A stretch of 64,000 bases of DNA from the human T2T-CHM13v2.0 reference genome, Homo sapiens: assembly GCF_009914755.1 (NCBI RefSeq), contig NC_060948.1. One strand, given 5' to 3'. The first letter of the stretch is position 1; the number at the start of each line of letters is the position of its first letter. Below the pieces are notes generated by a model. It searched no databases and had not been told where the DNA came from. It saw only the letters and a list, made by a program, of their open reading frames with translations. This document shows positions 1 through 14,049 of the stretch, piece by piece. Made by a program: the position numbers and the translations under genes.

Positions 1-100
1 GCTCAGAGTTTTGTTTCAAGAACTGAATCCCAAGCCCACACGTTATTAGGCTGCGCTTCTTAAAACAAGTTATGAGATGGGAAAAAGGGCACCCACAAAC

Positions 101-1659
101 ATACGTATACATTATGTATATAATAATATACAGTATCATATATATAATATATATACCCTATGTATAATATTGTTTTACATCCTGCATCTTATGTTATATA
201 TATTGTATAAAATATAATAATTGATAATATATAAGTTTTATAAGTATACAATATGACATATAGTATATATTATAATTTATGACATATATAATATACGTTA
301 TATGTCATATATAGAGTATATTATACGGTTAATATACGTATTAAATATAAATTATACATTATATATATTATATATAATATATCTGTTATATATAATACCC
401 ATTATGCATAATATATATATTATGTCTATGTTATATATAGTATAAAACAACATATAATAATATATAATTGTATATATAAAATGCGACATATAATATATAT
501 TATATTTTATTACATATGTAATATATATTATATATTATATATAATACGTTGTATGTATAATACCTATATTAAATATATATTATATGACTATGGTATTAAT
601 TACATGTCACATGTGTTATATATTATATATTTTGCATAGAATATACCGGTTACATACAATATATACTATGTTACCTATAATGTATAATTTATTACATGTA
701 AAATAAAGAATGCAATATATTATGTAAAATTTATAATATACCATATGTGGAATGTGATATATATAACATATAATATATGATATATGATGTACAGTATATG
801 ATATATAACATACAATATATGATTCCTAATATATATGGTATACAATATATATTTTATGTTATGTATTCTATATGTTTTATATTCTGTTATATATAACTAT
901 TTGAAATTATATATAACTGTATAATATTTTATGTAAATATGTAATATAATATATATAACTATATAATATATTATATATAACTATATATTATGTTATATAT
1001 ACTTTTATAACATAATTTACATAAAATATCATAATATAATATATGTTATATTAATTCATATTACATAATATATATTACATATCACCCAATATAACTAACA
1101 TACATAATATTATAATATAGATTATATTATGTTATATTAAATATCATATATATCATGTATCATATATTCTATAATATATATTACACCTTATATAATATGT
1201 ATGTTGTCTATTATGTGATATATATAACTATATATATAATTATATTTTTATACATATAACTAGATAAACATGTAATTCTACATATTTTCATTTATAATAT
1301 GTAGAATTATATAATCATATATAATTATTTATATTCTATAAAAAATTTTATCATTATATAAATTATAATATATAAAAATTATAATATGTACTACAAATAT
1401 ATATATTATATATCATATATGATATAGTACCTTTGTTATATATCATAATACATATAAATGTGTATTATGTTATCTATAATTATATAATTTCATATATAAG
1501 ATGTATAATATGTATCATATATTATATATGTTATGTAATATATATAGTATATATAAGATGACACAGGATAAATATTATATACTATGACATATAAAATATA
1601 TGAGGTTATATGTTACATATAAGGCATAGCACATAACATGTAATATATATCACATATAA
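101..1659. repeat. AT-rich degenerate (TA)n-like simple-repeat segment of the unit (representative copy; present in every unit)
   Basis: Seen: ~1.55 kb dominated by tata/ataat/tatat motifs with rare C/G. Boundaries approximate; same offsets in all units. Confidence 0.9.
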
Positions 1660-1951
1660 TTTTTTTTTAGAGAGAATCTTGTCCTGTTGCACAGGGTGGG
1701 GTACAATGGAGCCATCTTTGCTCACTGCAACTTCTGCCTCACGGGTCCAAGCGATTGTCCTCCCTCAGCCTCCCAGGTAGCTGGGACTACACCACACTGG
1801 GACTACACCAGCTGCCACCATGCCTAGCTAATTATTTGGATTTTTAGTAGTGACAGCGTTTCACTGTATTGGCCAGGATGGTCTTGATCTCTTCACCTTG
1901 TGATCCCCTTGCCTTGGCCTCCAAATTTGCTGGGATTACAGACCTGGGCCA
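1660..1951 (-). mobile_element. Diverged Alu SINE, unit 1
   Basis: Antisense Alu hallmarks: T9 tail, ctcactgcaa, cctcagcctccc, gtagctgggactaca, tttttagtag, ggccaggatggtcttgatctc, gctgggattaca. Lacks ~12 nt at the Alu 5' end; most CpGs decayed. Confidence 0.95.
1781..1810 (+). repeat. Internal direct duplication inside the Alu (ctgggactacacca x2, 16-bp period), fixed in all units
   Basis: Seen: ctgggactacacca at 1781-1794 and 1797-1810. Alu consensus has a single ctgggactaca. Confidence 0.9.
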
Positions 1952-2520
1952 AGATCCATATTTTTTAAATGAAAAAAAATTTCAAAGGTACTCTGCTTGG
2001 TACAATAATCAAATGTATAAACTGAGGAATAAAACATAACCATGAAACCTACTTATAACTGCATATGGAAAATACAGAGGATAATTTTTTAAATAACATA
2101 TTTTGAAAGCCTTAACTAGTAATTTGAAGAGCTGGCATTTGAAAGGCCAGTATGAATATACCTTCAAAGCAGCAACTCAGGTTCCCCATGAGAAAAAGCA
2201 AACACAGGGAAAATAAAACCACAAAGGTTCAATCTCTTCTGACCTTTGAAAGACACAGCACAGACAGTGGTCCTTAGGACGAAGAGCAGGAGACCCCTAA
2301 TTCCGTCACCATGGCGATAGGGCATAAACATTGCTGGGTGAGGGCACAATCCACATTGTGAGGTCCAACTGCTGCCAGGAAGACAGGAGTGCTTTTACAT
2401 AGACCGAAAGGTCAATGAAGGCTCAGAGTTTTGTTTCAAGAACTGAATCCCAAGCCCACACGTTATTAGGCTGCGCTTCTTAAAACAAGTTATGAGATGG
2501 GAAAAAGGGCACCCACAAAC
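1952..2520. repeat. HSATI-like segment of the unit (representative copy; follows every Alu and spans the arbitrary unit boundary)
   Basis: Seen: ~570-bp non-simple segment between the Alu 5' end and the next AT-rich tract. The HSATI name comes from the known DYZ2 architecture, not from an alignment to the consensus. Confidence 0.7.
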
Positions 2521-4079
2521 ATACGTATACATTATGTATATAATAATATACAGTATCATATATATAATATATATAACCTATGTATAATATTGTTTTACAT
2601 CCTGCATCTTATGTTATATATATTGTATAAAATATAATAATTGATAATATATAAGTTTTATAATTATACAATATGACATATAGTATATATTATAATTTAT
2701 GACATATATAATATATGTTATATGTCATATATAGAATATATTATACGGTTAATATACGTATTAAATATAAATTATACATTATATATATTATATATAATAT
2801 ATCTGTTATATATAATACCCATTATGCATAATATATATATTATGTCTATGTTATATATAGTATAAAACAACATATAATAATATATAATTGTATATATAAA
2901 ATGCGACATATAATATATATTATATTTTATAACATATGTAATATATATTATATATTATATATAATACGTTGTATGTATAATACCTATATTAAATATATAT
3001 TATATGACTATGTTATTAATTACGTGTCACATGTGTTATATATTATATATTTTACATAGAATATACCGGTTACATACAATATATACTATGTTACCTATAA
3101 TGTATAATTTATTACATGTAAAATAAACAATGCAATATATTATGTATAATTTATAATATACAATATGTGGAATGTGATATATATAACATATAATATATGA
3201 TATATGATATACAGTATATGATATATAACATACAATATATGATTCCTAATATATATGGTATACAATATATATTTTATGATATGTATTCTATATGTTTTAT
3301 ATTCTGTTATATATAACTATTTGAAATTATATATAACTGTATAATATTTTATGTAAATATGTAATATAATATATATAACTATATAATATATTATATATAA
3401 CTATATATTATGTTATATATACTTTTATAACATAATTTACATAAAATATCATAATATAATATATATTATATTATTTCATATTACATAATATATATTACAT
3501 ATCACCCAATATAACTAACATACATAATATTATAATATAGATTATATTGTGTTATATTAAATATCATATATATCATGTATCATATATTCTATAATATATA
3601 TTACACATTATATAATATGTATGTTGTCTATTATGTGATATATATAACTATATATATAATTATATTTTTATACATATAACTAGATAAACATGTAATTCTA
3701 CATATTTTCATTTATAATATGTATAATTATATAATCATATATAATTATTTATATTCTATAAAAAATTTTATCATTATATAAATTATAATATATAAAAATT
3801 ATAATATGTACTACAAATATATATATTATATATCATATATGATATAGTACTATTGTTATATTTCATAATACATATAAATGTGTATTATGTTATCTATAAT
3901 TATATAATTTCATATATAAGATGTACAATATGTATCATAAATTATATATGTTGTGTAATATATATAGTATATATAAGATGACACAGGATAAATATTATAT
4001 ACTATGACATATAAAATATATGAGGTTATATGTTACATATAAGGCATAGCACATAACATGTAATATATACCATATATAA

Positions 4080-4371
4080 TTTTTTTTTAGACAGAATCTT
4101 GTCCTGTTGCACAGGGTGGGGTACAATGGCGCCATCTTTGCTGACTGCAAATTCTGCCTCACGGGTCCAAGCGATTGTCCTCCCTCAGCCTCCCAGGTAG
4201 CTGGGACTACACCACACTGGGACTATACCAGCTGCCACCATGCCTAGCTAATTTTTTGGATTTTTAGTAGTGACAGCGTTTCACTGTATTGGCCAGGATG
4301 GTCTTGATCTCTTCACCTTGTGATCCCCTTGCCTTGGCCTCCAAATTTGCTGGGATTACAGGCCTGAGCCA
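4080..4371 (-). mobile_element. Diverged Alu SINE, unit 2
   Basis: Same Alu hallmarks as unit 1; amplified with the array. Confidence 0.95.
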
Positions 4372-6499
4372 AGATCCATATTTTTTAAATGAAAAAAAAT
4401 TTCAAAGGTACTCTGCTTGGTACAATAATCAAATGTATAAACTGAGGAATAAAACATAACCATGAAACCTACTTATAACTGCATATGGAAAATACAGAGG
4501 ATAATTTTTTAAATAACATATTTTGAAAGCCTTAACTAGTAATTTGAAGAGTTGGCATTTGAAAGGCCAGTATGAATATACCTTCAAAGCAGCAACACAG
4601 GTTCCCCATGAGAAAAAGCAAACACAGGGAAAATAAAAACACAAAGGTTCAATCTCTTCTGACCTTTGAAAGACACAGCACAGACAGTGGTCCTTAGGAC
4701 GAAGAGCAGGAGACCCCTAATTCCGTCACCATGGCGATAGGGCATAAACATTGCTGGGTGAGGGCACAATCCACATTGTGAGGTCCAACTGCTGCCAGGA
4801 AGACAGGAGTGCTTTTACATAGACCGAAAGGTCATTGAAGGCTCAGAGTTTTGTTTCAAGAACTGAATCCCAAGCCCACACGTTATTAGGCTGCGCTTCT
4901 TAAAACAAGTTATGAGATGGGAAAAAGGGCACCCACAAACATACGTATACATTATGTATATAATAATATACAGTATCATATATATAATATATATAACCTA
5001 TGTATAATATTGTTTTACATCCTGCATCTAATGTTATATATATTGTATAAAATATAATAATTGATAATATATAAGTTTTATAATTATACAATATGACATA
5101 TAGTATATATTATAATTTATGACATATATAATATATGTTATATGTCATATATAGAATATATTATACGGTTAATATACGTATTAAATATAAATTATACATT
5201 ATATATATTATATATAATATATCTGTTATATATAATACCCATTATGCATAATATATATATTATGTCTATGTTATATATAGCATAAAACAACATATAATAA
5301 TATATAATTGTATATATAAAATGCGACATATAATATATATTATATTTTATTACATATGTAATATATATTATATATTATATATAATACGTTGTATGTATAA
5401 TACCTATATTAAATATATATTATATGACTATGTTATTAATTACGTGTCACATGCGTTATATATTATATATTTTATATAGAATATACCGGTTACATACAAT
5501 ATATACTATGTTACCTATAATGTATAATTTATTACATGTAAAATAAAGAATGCAATATATTATGTAAAATTTATAATATACCATATGTGGAATGTGATAT
5601 ATATAACATATAATATATGATATATGATGTACAGTATATGATATATAACATACAATATATGATTCCTAATATATATGGTATACAATATATATTTTATGTT
5701 ATGTATTCTATATGTTTTATATTCTGTTATATATAACTATTTGAAATTATATATAACTGTATAATATTTTATGTAAATATGTAATATAATATATATAACT
5801 ATATAATATATTATATATAACTATATATTATGTTATATATACTTTTATAACATAATTTACATAAAATATCATAATATAATATATAATATATTATTTCATA
5901 TTACATAATATATATTACATATCACCCAATATAACTAACATACATAATATTATAATATAGATTATATTATGTTATATTAAATATCATATATATCATGTAT
6001 CATATATTCTATAATATATATTACACCTTATATAATATGTATGTTGTCTATTATGTGATATATATAACTATATATATAATTATATTTTTATACATATAAC
6101 TAGATAAACATGTAATTCTACATATTTTCATTTATAATATGTAGTATTATATAATCATATATAATTATTTATATTCTATAAAAAATTTTATCATTATATA
6201 AATTATAATATATAAAAATTATAATATGTACTACAAATATATATATTATATATCATATATGATATAGTACCTTTGTTATATATCATAATACATATAAATG
6301 TGTATTATGTTATCTATAATTATATAATTTCATATATAAGATGTATAATGTGTATCATATATTATATATGTTATGTAATATATATAGTATATATAAGATG
6401 ACACAGGATAAATATTATATACTATGACATATAAAATATATGAGGTTATATGTTACATATAAGGCATAGCACATAACATGTAATATATATCATATATAA

Positions 6500-6791
6500 T
6501 TTTTTTTTAGACAGAATCTTGTCCTGTTGCACAGGGTGGGGTACAATGGCGCCATCTTTGCTGACTGCAAATTCTGCCTCACGGGTCCAAGCGATTGTCC
6601 TCCCTCAGCCTCCCAGGTAGCTGGGACTACACCACACTGGGACTACACCAGCTGCCACCATGCCTAGCTAATTTTTTGGATTTTTAGTAGTGACAGCGTT
6701 TCACTGTATTGGCCAGGATGGTCTTGATCTCTTCACCTTGTGATCCCCTTGCCTTGGCCTCCAAATTTGCTGGGATTACAGGCCTGAGCCA
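6500..6791 (-). mobile_element. Diverged Alu SINE, unit 3
   Basis: Same Alu hallmarks as unit 1. Confidence 0.95.
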
Positions 6792-8919
6792 AGATCCATA
6801 TTTTTTAAATGAAAAAAAATTTCAAAGGTACTCTGCTTGGTACAATAATCAAATGTATAAACTGAGGAATAAAACATAACCATGAAACCTACTTATAACT
6901 GCATATGGAAAATACAGAGGATAATTTTTTAAATAACATATTTTGAAAGCCTTAACTAGTAATTTGAAGAGTTGGCATTTGAAAGGCCAGTATGAATATA
7001 CCTTCAAAGCAGCAACACAGGTTCCCCATGAGAAAAAGCAAACACAGGGAAAATAAAAACACAAAGGTTCAATCTCTTCTGACCTTTGAAAGACACAGCA
7101 CAGACAGTGGTCCTTAGGACGAAGAGCAGGAGACCCCTAATTCCGTCACCATGGCGATAGGGCATAAACATTGCTGGGTGAGGGCACAATCCACATTGTG
7201 AGGTCCAACTGCTGCCAGGAAGACAGGAGTGCTTTTACATAGACCGAAAGGTCATTGAAGGCTCAGAGTTTTGTTTCAAGAACTGAATCCCAAGCCCACA
7301 CGTTATTAGGCTGCGCTTCTTAAAACAAGTTATGAGATGGGAAAAAGGGCACCCACAAACATACGTATACATTATGTATATAATAATATACAGTATCATA
7401 TATATAATATATATAACCTATGTATAATATTGTTTTACATCCTGCATCTAATGTTATATATATTGTATAAAATATAATAATTGATAATATATAAGTTTTA
7501 TAATTATACAATATGACATATAGTATATATTATAATTTATGACATATATAATATATGTTATATGTCATATATAGAATATATTATACGGTTAATATACGTA
7601 TTAAATATAAATTATACATTATATATATTATATATAATATATCTGTTATATATAATACACATTATGCATAATATATATATTATGTCTATGTTATATATAG
7701 TATAAAACAACATATAATAATATATAATTGTATATATAAAATGCGACATATAATATATATTATATTTTATAACATATGTAATATATATTATATATTATAT
7801 ATAATACGTTGTATGTATAATACCTATATTAAATATATATTATATGACTATGTTATTAATTACATGTCACATGTGTTATATATTATATATTTTACATAGA
7901 ATATACCGGTTACATACAATATATACTATGTTACCTATAATGTATAATTTATTACATGTAAAATAAAGAATGCAATATATTATGTATAATTTATAATATA
8001 TCATATGTGGAATGTGATATATATAACATATAATATATGATATATGATATACAGTATATGATATATAACATACAATATATGATTCCTAATATATATGGTA
8101 TACAATATATATTTTATGATATGTATTCTATATGTTTTATATTCTGTTATATATAACTATTTGAAATTATATATAACTGTATAATATTTTATGTAAATAT
8201 GTAATATAACATATATAACTATATAATATATTATATATAACTATATATTATGTTATATATACTTTTATAACATAATTTACATAAAATATCATAATATAAT
8301 ATATATTATATTATTTCATATTACATAATATATATTACATATCACCCAATATAACTAACATACATAATATTATAATATAGATTATATTATGTTATATTAA
8401 ATATCATATATATCATGTATCATATATTCTATAATATATATTACACATTATATAATATGTATGTTGTCTATTATGTGATATATATAACTATATATATAAT
8501 TATATTTTTATACATATAACTAGATAAACATGTAATTCTACATATTTTCATTTATAATATGTAGAATTATAAAATCATATATAATTATTTATATTCTATA
8601 AAAAATTTTATCATTATATAAATTATAATATATAAAAATTATAATAGGTACTACAAATATATATATTATATATCATATATGATATAGTACCTTTGTTATA
8701 TTTCATAATACATATAAATGTGTATTATGTTATCTATGATTATATAATTTCATATATAAGATGTATAATGTGTATCATATATTATATATGTTATGTAATA
8801 TATATAGTATATATAAGATGACACAGGATAAATATTATATACTATGACATATAAAATATATGAGGTTATATGTTACATATAAGGCATAGCACATAACATG
8901 TAATATATATCATATATAA

Positions 8920-9211
8920 TTTTTTTTTAGACAGAATCTTGTCCTGTTGCACAGGGTGGGGTACAATGGCGCCATCTTTGCTCACTGCAACTTCTGTCTC
9001 ACGGGTCCAAGCGATTGTCCTCCCTCAGCCTCCCAGGTAGCTGGGACTACACCACACTGGGACTACACCAGCTGCCACCATGCCTAGCTAATTTTTTGGA
9101 TTTTTAGTAGTGACAGCGTTTCACTGTATTGGCCAGGATGGTCTTGATCTCTTCACCTTGTGATCCCCTTGCCTTGGCCTCCAAATTTGCTGGGATTACA
9201 GGCCTGAGCCA
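8920..9211 (-). mobile_element. Diverged Alu SINE, unit 4
   Basis: Same Alu hallmarks as unit 1. Confidence 0.95.
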
Positions 9212-11316
9212 AGATCCATATTTTTTAAATGAAAAAAAATTTCAAAGGTACTCTGCTTGGTACAATAATCAAATGTATAAACTGAGGAATAAAACATAAC
9301 CATGAAACCTACTTATAACTGCATATGGAAAATACAGAGGATAATTTTTTAAATAACATATTTTGAAAGCCTTAACTAGTAATTTGAAGAGTTGGCATTT
9401 GAAAGGCCAGTATGAATATACCTTCAAAGCAGCAACACAGGTTCCCCATGAGAAAAAGCAAACACAGGGAAAATAAAAACACAAAGGTTCAATCTCTTCT
9501 GACCTTTGAAAGACACAGCACAGACAGTGGTCCTTAGGACGAAGAGCAGGAGACCCCTAATTCCGTCACCATGGCGATAGGGCATAAACATTGCTGGGTG
9601 AGGGCACAATCCACATTGTGAGGTCCAACTGCTGCCAGGAAGACAGGAGTGCTTTTACATAGACCGAAAGGTCATTGAAGGCTCAGAGTTTTGTTTCAAG
9701 AACTGAATCCCAAGCCCACACGTTATTAGGCTGCGCTTCTTAAAACAAGTTATGAGATGGGAAAAAGGGCACCCACAAACATACGTATACATTATGTATA
9801 TAATAATATACAGTATCATATATATAATATATATAACCTATGTATAATATTGTTTTACATCCTGCATCTAATGTTATATATATTGTATAAAATATAATAA
9901 TTGATAATATATAAGTTTTATAATTATACAATATGACATATAGTATATATTATAATTTATGACATATATAATATATGTTATATGTCATATATAGAATATA
10001 TTATACGGTTAATATACGTATTAAATATAAATTATACATTATATATATTATATATAATATATCTGTTGTATATAATACCCATTATGCATAATATATATAT
10101 TATGTCTATGTTATATATAGCATAAAACAACATATAATAATATATAATTGTATATATAAAATGCGACATATAATATATATTATATTTTATTACATATGTA
10201 ATATATATTATATATTATATATAATACGTTGTATGTATAATACCTATATTAAATATATATTATATGACTATGTTATTAATTACATGTCACATGCGTTATA
10301 TATTATATATTTTATATAGAATATACCGGTTACATACAATATATACTATGTTACCTATAATGTATAATTTATTACATGTAAAATAAAGAATGCAATATAT
10401 TATGTAAAATTTATAATATACCATATGTGGAATGTGATATATATAACATATAATATATGATATATGATGTACAGTATATGATATATAACATACAATATAT
10501 GATTCCTAATATATATGGTATACAATATATATTTTATGTTATGTATTCTATATGTTTTATATTCTGTTATATATAACTATTTGAAATTATATATAACTGT
10601 ATAATATTTTATGTAAATATGTAATATAATATATATAACTATATAATATATTATATATAACTATATATTATGTTATATATACTTTTATAACATAATTTAC
10701 ATAAAATATCATAATATAATATATAATATATTATTTCATATTACATAATATATATTACATATCACCCAATATAACTAACATACATAATATTATAATATAG
10801 ATTATATTATGTTATATTAAATATCATATATATCATGTATCATATATTCTATAATATATATTACACCTTATATAATATGTATGTTGTCTATTATGTGATA
10901 TATATAACTATATATATAATTATATTTTTATACATATAACTAGATAAACATGTAATTCTACATATTTTCATTTATAATATGTAGAAATATATAATCATAT
11001 ATAATTATTTATATTCTATAAAAAATTTTATCATTATATAAATTATAATATATAAAAATTATAATATGTACTACAAATATATATATTATATATCATATAT
11101 GATATAGTACCTTTGTTATATATCATAATACATATAAATGTGTATTATGTTATCTATAATTATATAATTTCATATATAAGATGTATAATATGTATCATAT
11201 ATTATATATGTTATGTAATATATATAGTATATATAAGATGACACAGGATAAATATTATATACTATGACATATAAAATATATGAGGTTATATGTTACATAT
11301 AAGGCATAGCACATAA

Positions 11317-11631
<315 letters not shown>

Positions 11632-13757
11632 AGATCCATATTTTTTAAATGAAAAAAAATTTCAAAGGTACTCTGCTTGGTACAATACTCAAATGTATAA
11701 ACTGAGGAATAAAACATAACCATGAAACCTACTTATAACTGCATATGGAAAATACAGAGGATAATTTTTTAAATAACATATTTTGAAAGCCTTAACTAGT
11801 AATTTGAAGAGCTGGCATTTGAAAGGCCAGTATGAATATACCTTCAAAGCAGCAACACAGGTTCCCCATGAGAAAAAGCAAACACAGGGAAAATAAAAAC
11901 ACAAAGGTTCAATCTCTTCTGACCTTTGAAAGACACAGCACAGACAGTGGTCCTTAGGACGAAGAGCAGGAGACCCCTAATTCCGTCACCATGGCGATAG
12001 GGCATAAACATTGCTGGGTGAGGGCACAATCCACATTGTGAGGTCCAACTGCTGCCAGGAAGACAGGAGTGCTTTTACATAGACCGAAAGGTCATTGAAG
12101 GCTCAGAGTTTTGTTTCAAGAACTGAATCCCAAGCCCACACGTTATTAGGCTGCGCTTCTTAAAACAAGTTATGAGATGGGAAAAAGGGCACCCACAAAC
12201 ATACGTATACATTATGTATATAATAATATACAGTATCATATATATAATATATATAACCTATGTATAATATTGTTTTACATCCTGCATCTTATGTTATATA
12301 TATTGTATAAAATATAATAATTGATAATATATAAGTTTTATAATTATACAATATGACATATAGTATATATTATAATTTATGACATATATAATATATGTTA
12401 TATGTCATATATAGAATATATTATACGGTTAATATACGTATTAAATATAAATTATACATTATATATATTATATATAATATATCTGTTATATATAATACCC
12501 ATTATGCATAATATATATATTATGTCTATGTTATATATAGTATAAAACAACATATAATAATATATAATTGTATATATAAAATGCGACATATAATATATAT
12601 TATATTTTATAACATATGTAATATATATTATATATTATATATAATACGTTGTCTGTATAATACCTATATTAAATATATATTATACGACTATGTTATTAAT
12701 TACATGTCACATGTGTTATATATTATATATTTTACATAGAATATACCGGTTACATACAATATATACTATGTTACCTATAATGTATAATTTATTACATGTA
12801 AAATAAAGAATGCAATATATTATGTAAAATTTATAATATACCATATGTGGAATGTGATATATATAACATATAATATATGATATATGATATACAGTATATG
12901 ATATATAACATACAATATATGATTCCTAATATATATGGTATACAATATATATTTTATGATATGTATTCTTTATGTTTTATATTCTGTTATATATAACTAT
13001 TTGAAATTATATATAACTGTATAATATTTTATGTAAATATGTAATATAATATATATAACTATATAATATATTATATATAACTATATATTATGTTATATAT
13101 ACTTTTATAACATAATTTACATAAAATAGCATAATATAATATATATTATATTATTTCATATTACATAATATATATTACATATCACCCAATATAACTAACA
13201 TACATAATATTATAATATAGATTATATTATGTTATATTAAATATCATATATATCATGTATCATATATTCTATAATATATATTACACATTATATAATATGT
13301 ATGTTGTCTATTATGTGATATATATAACTATATATAATTATATTTTTATACATATAACTAGATAAACATGTAATTCTACATATTTTCGTTTATAATATGT
13401 AGAATTATATAATCATATATAATTATTTATATTCTATAAAAAATTTTATCATTATATAAATTATAATATATAAAAATTATAATATGTACTACAAATATAT
13501 ATATTATATATCATATATGCTATAGTACCTTTGTTATATATCATAATACATATAAATGTGTATTATGTTATCTATAATTATATAATTTCATATATAAGAT
13601 GTATAATGTGTATCATATATTATATATGTTATGTAATCTATATAGTATATATAAGATGACACAGGATAAATATTATATACTATGACATATAAAATATATG
13701 AGGTTATATGTTACATATAAGGCATAGCACATAACATGTAATATATATCATATATAA

Positions 13758-14049
13758 TTTTTTTTTAGACAGAATCTTGTCCTGTTGCACAGGGTGGGGT
13801 ACAATGGCGCCATCTTTGCTCACTGCATCTTCTGCCTCACGGGTCCAAGCGATTGTCCTCCCTCAGCCTCCCAGGTAGCTGGGACTACACCACACTGGGA
13901 CTACACCAGCTGCCACCATGCCTAGCTAATTATTTGGATTTTTAGTAGTGACAGCGTTTCACTGTATTGGCCAGGATGGTCTTGACCTCTTCACCTTGTG
14001 ATCCCCTTGCCTTGGCCTCCAAATTTGCTGGGATTACAGGCCTGAGCCA
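13758..14049 (-). mobile_element. Diverged Alu SINE, unit 6
   Basis: Same Alu hallmarks as unit 1. Confidence 0.95.

Noticed and set aside
101-1659. TATA boxes and AATAAA signals; Plasmodium-like or mitochondrial control-region origin
   Set aside because: Such motifs are expected by chance at this AT content, and the embedded Alu establishes a primate nuclear satellite.
1660-1780. Splice acceptor-like ttttttttag and downstream caggtag (Alu exonisation)
   Set aside because: These motifs are generic to antisense Alus; there is no host gene or transcript evidence in the window.
1640-1975. Target-site duplication around the Alu (atcatatataat vs atccatatttt)
   Set aside because: The similarity is weak and low-complexity, so it cannot be supported.
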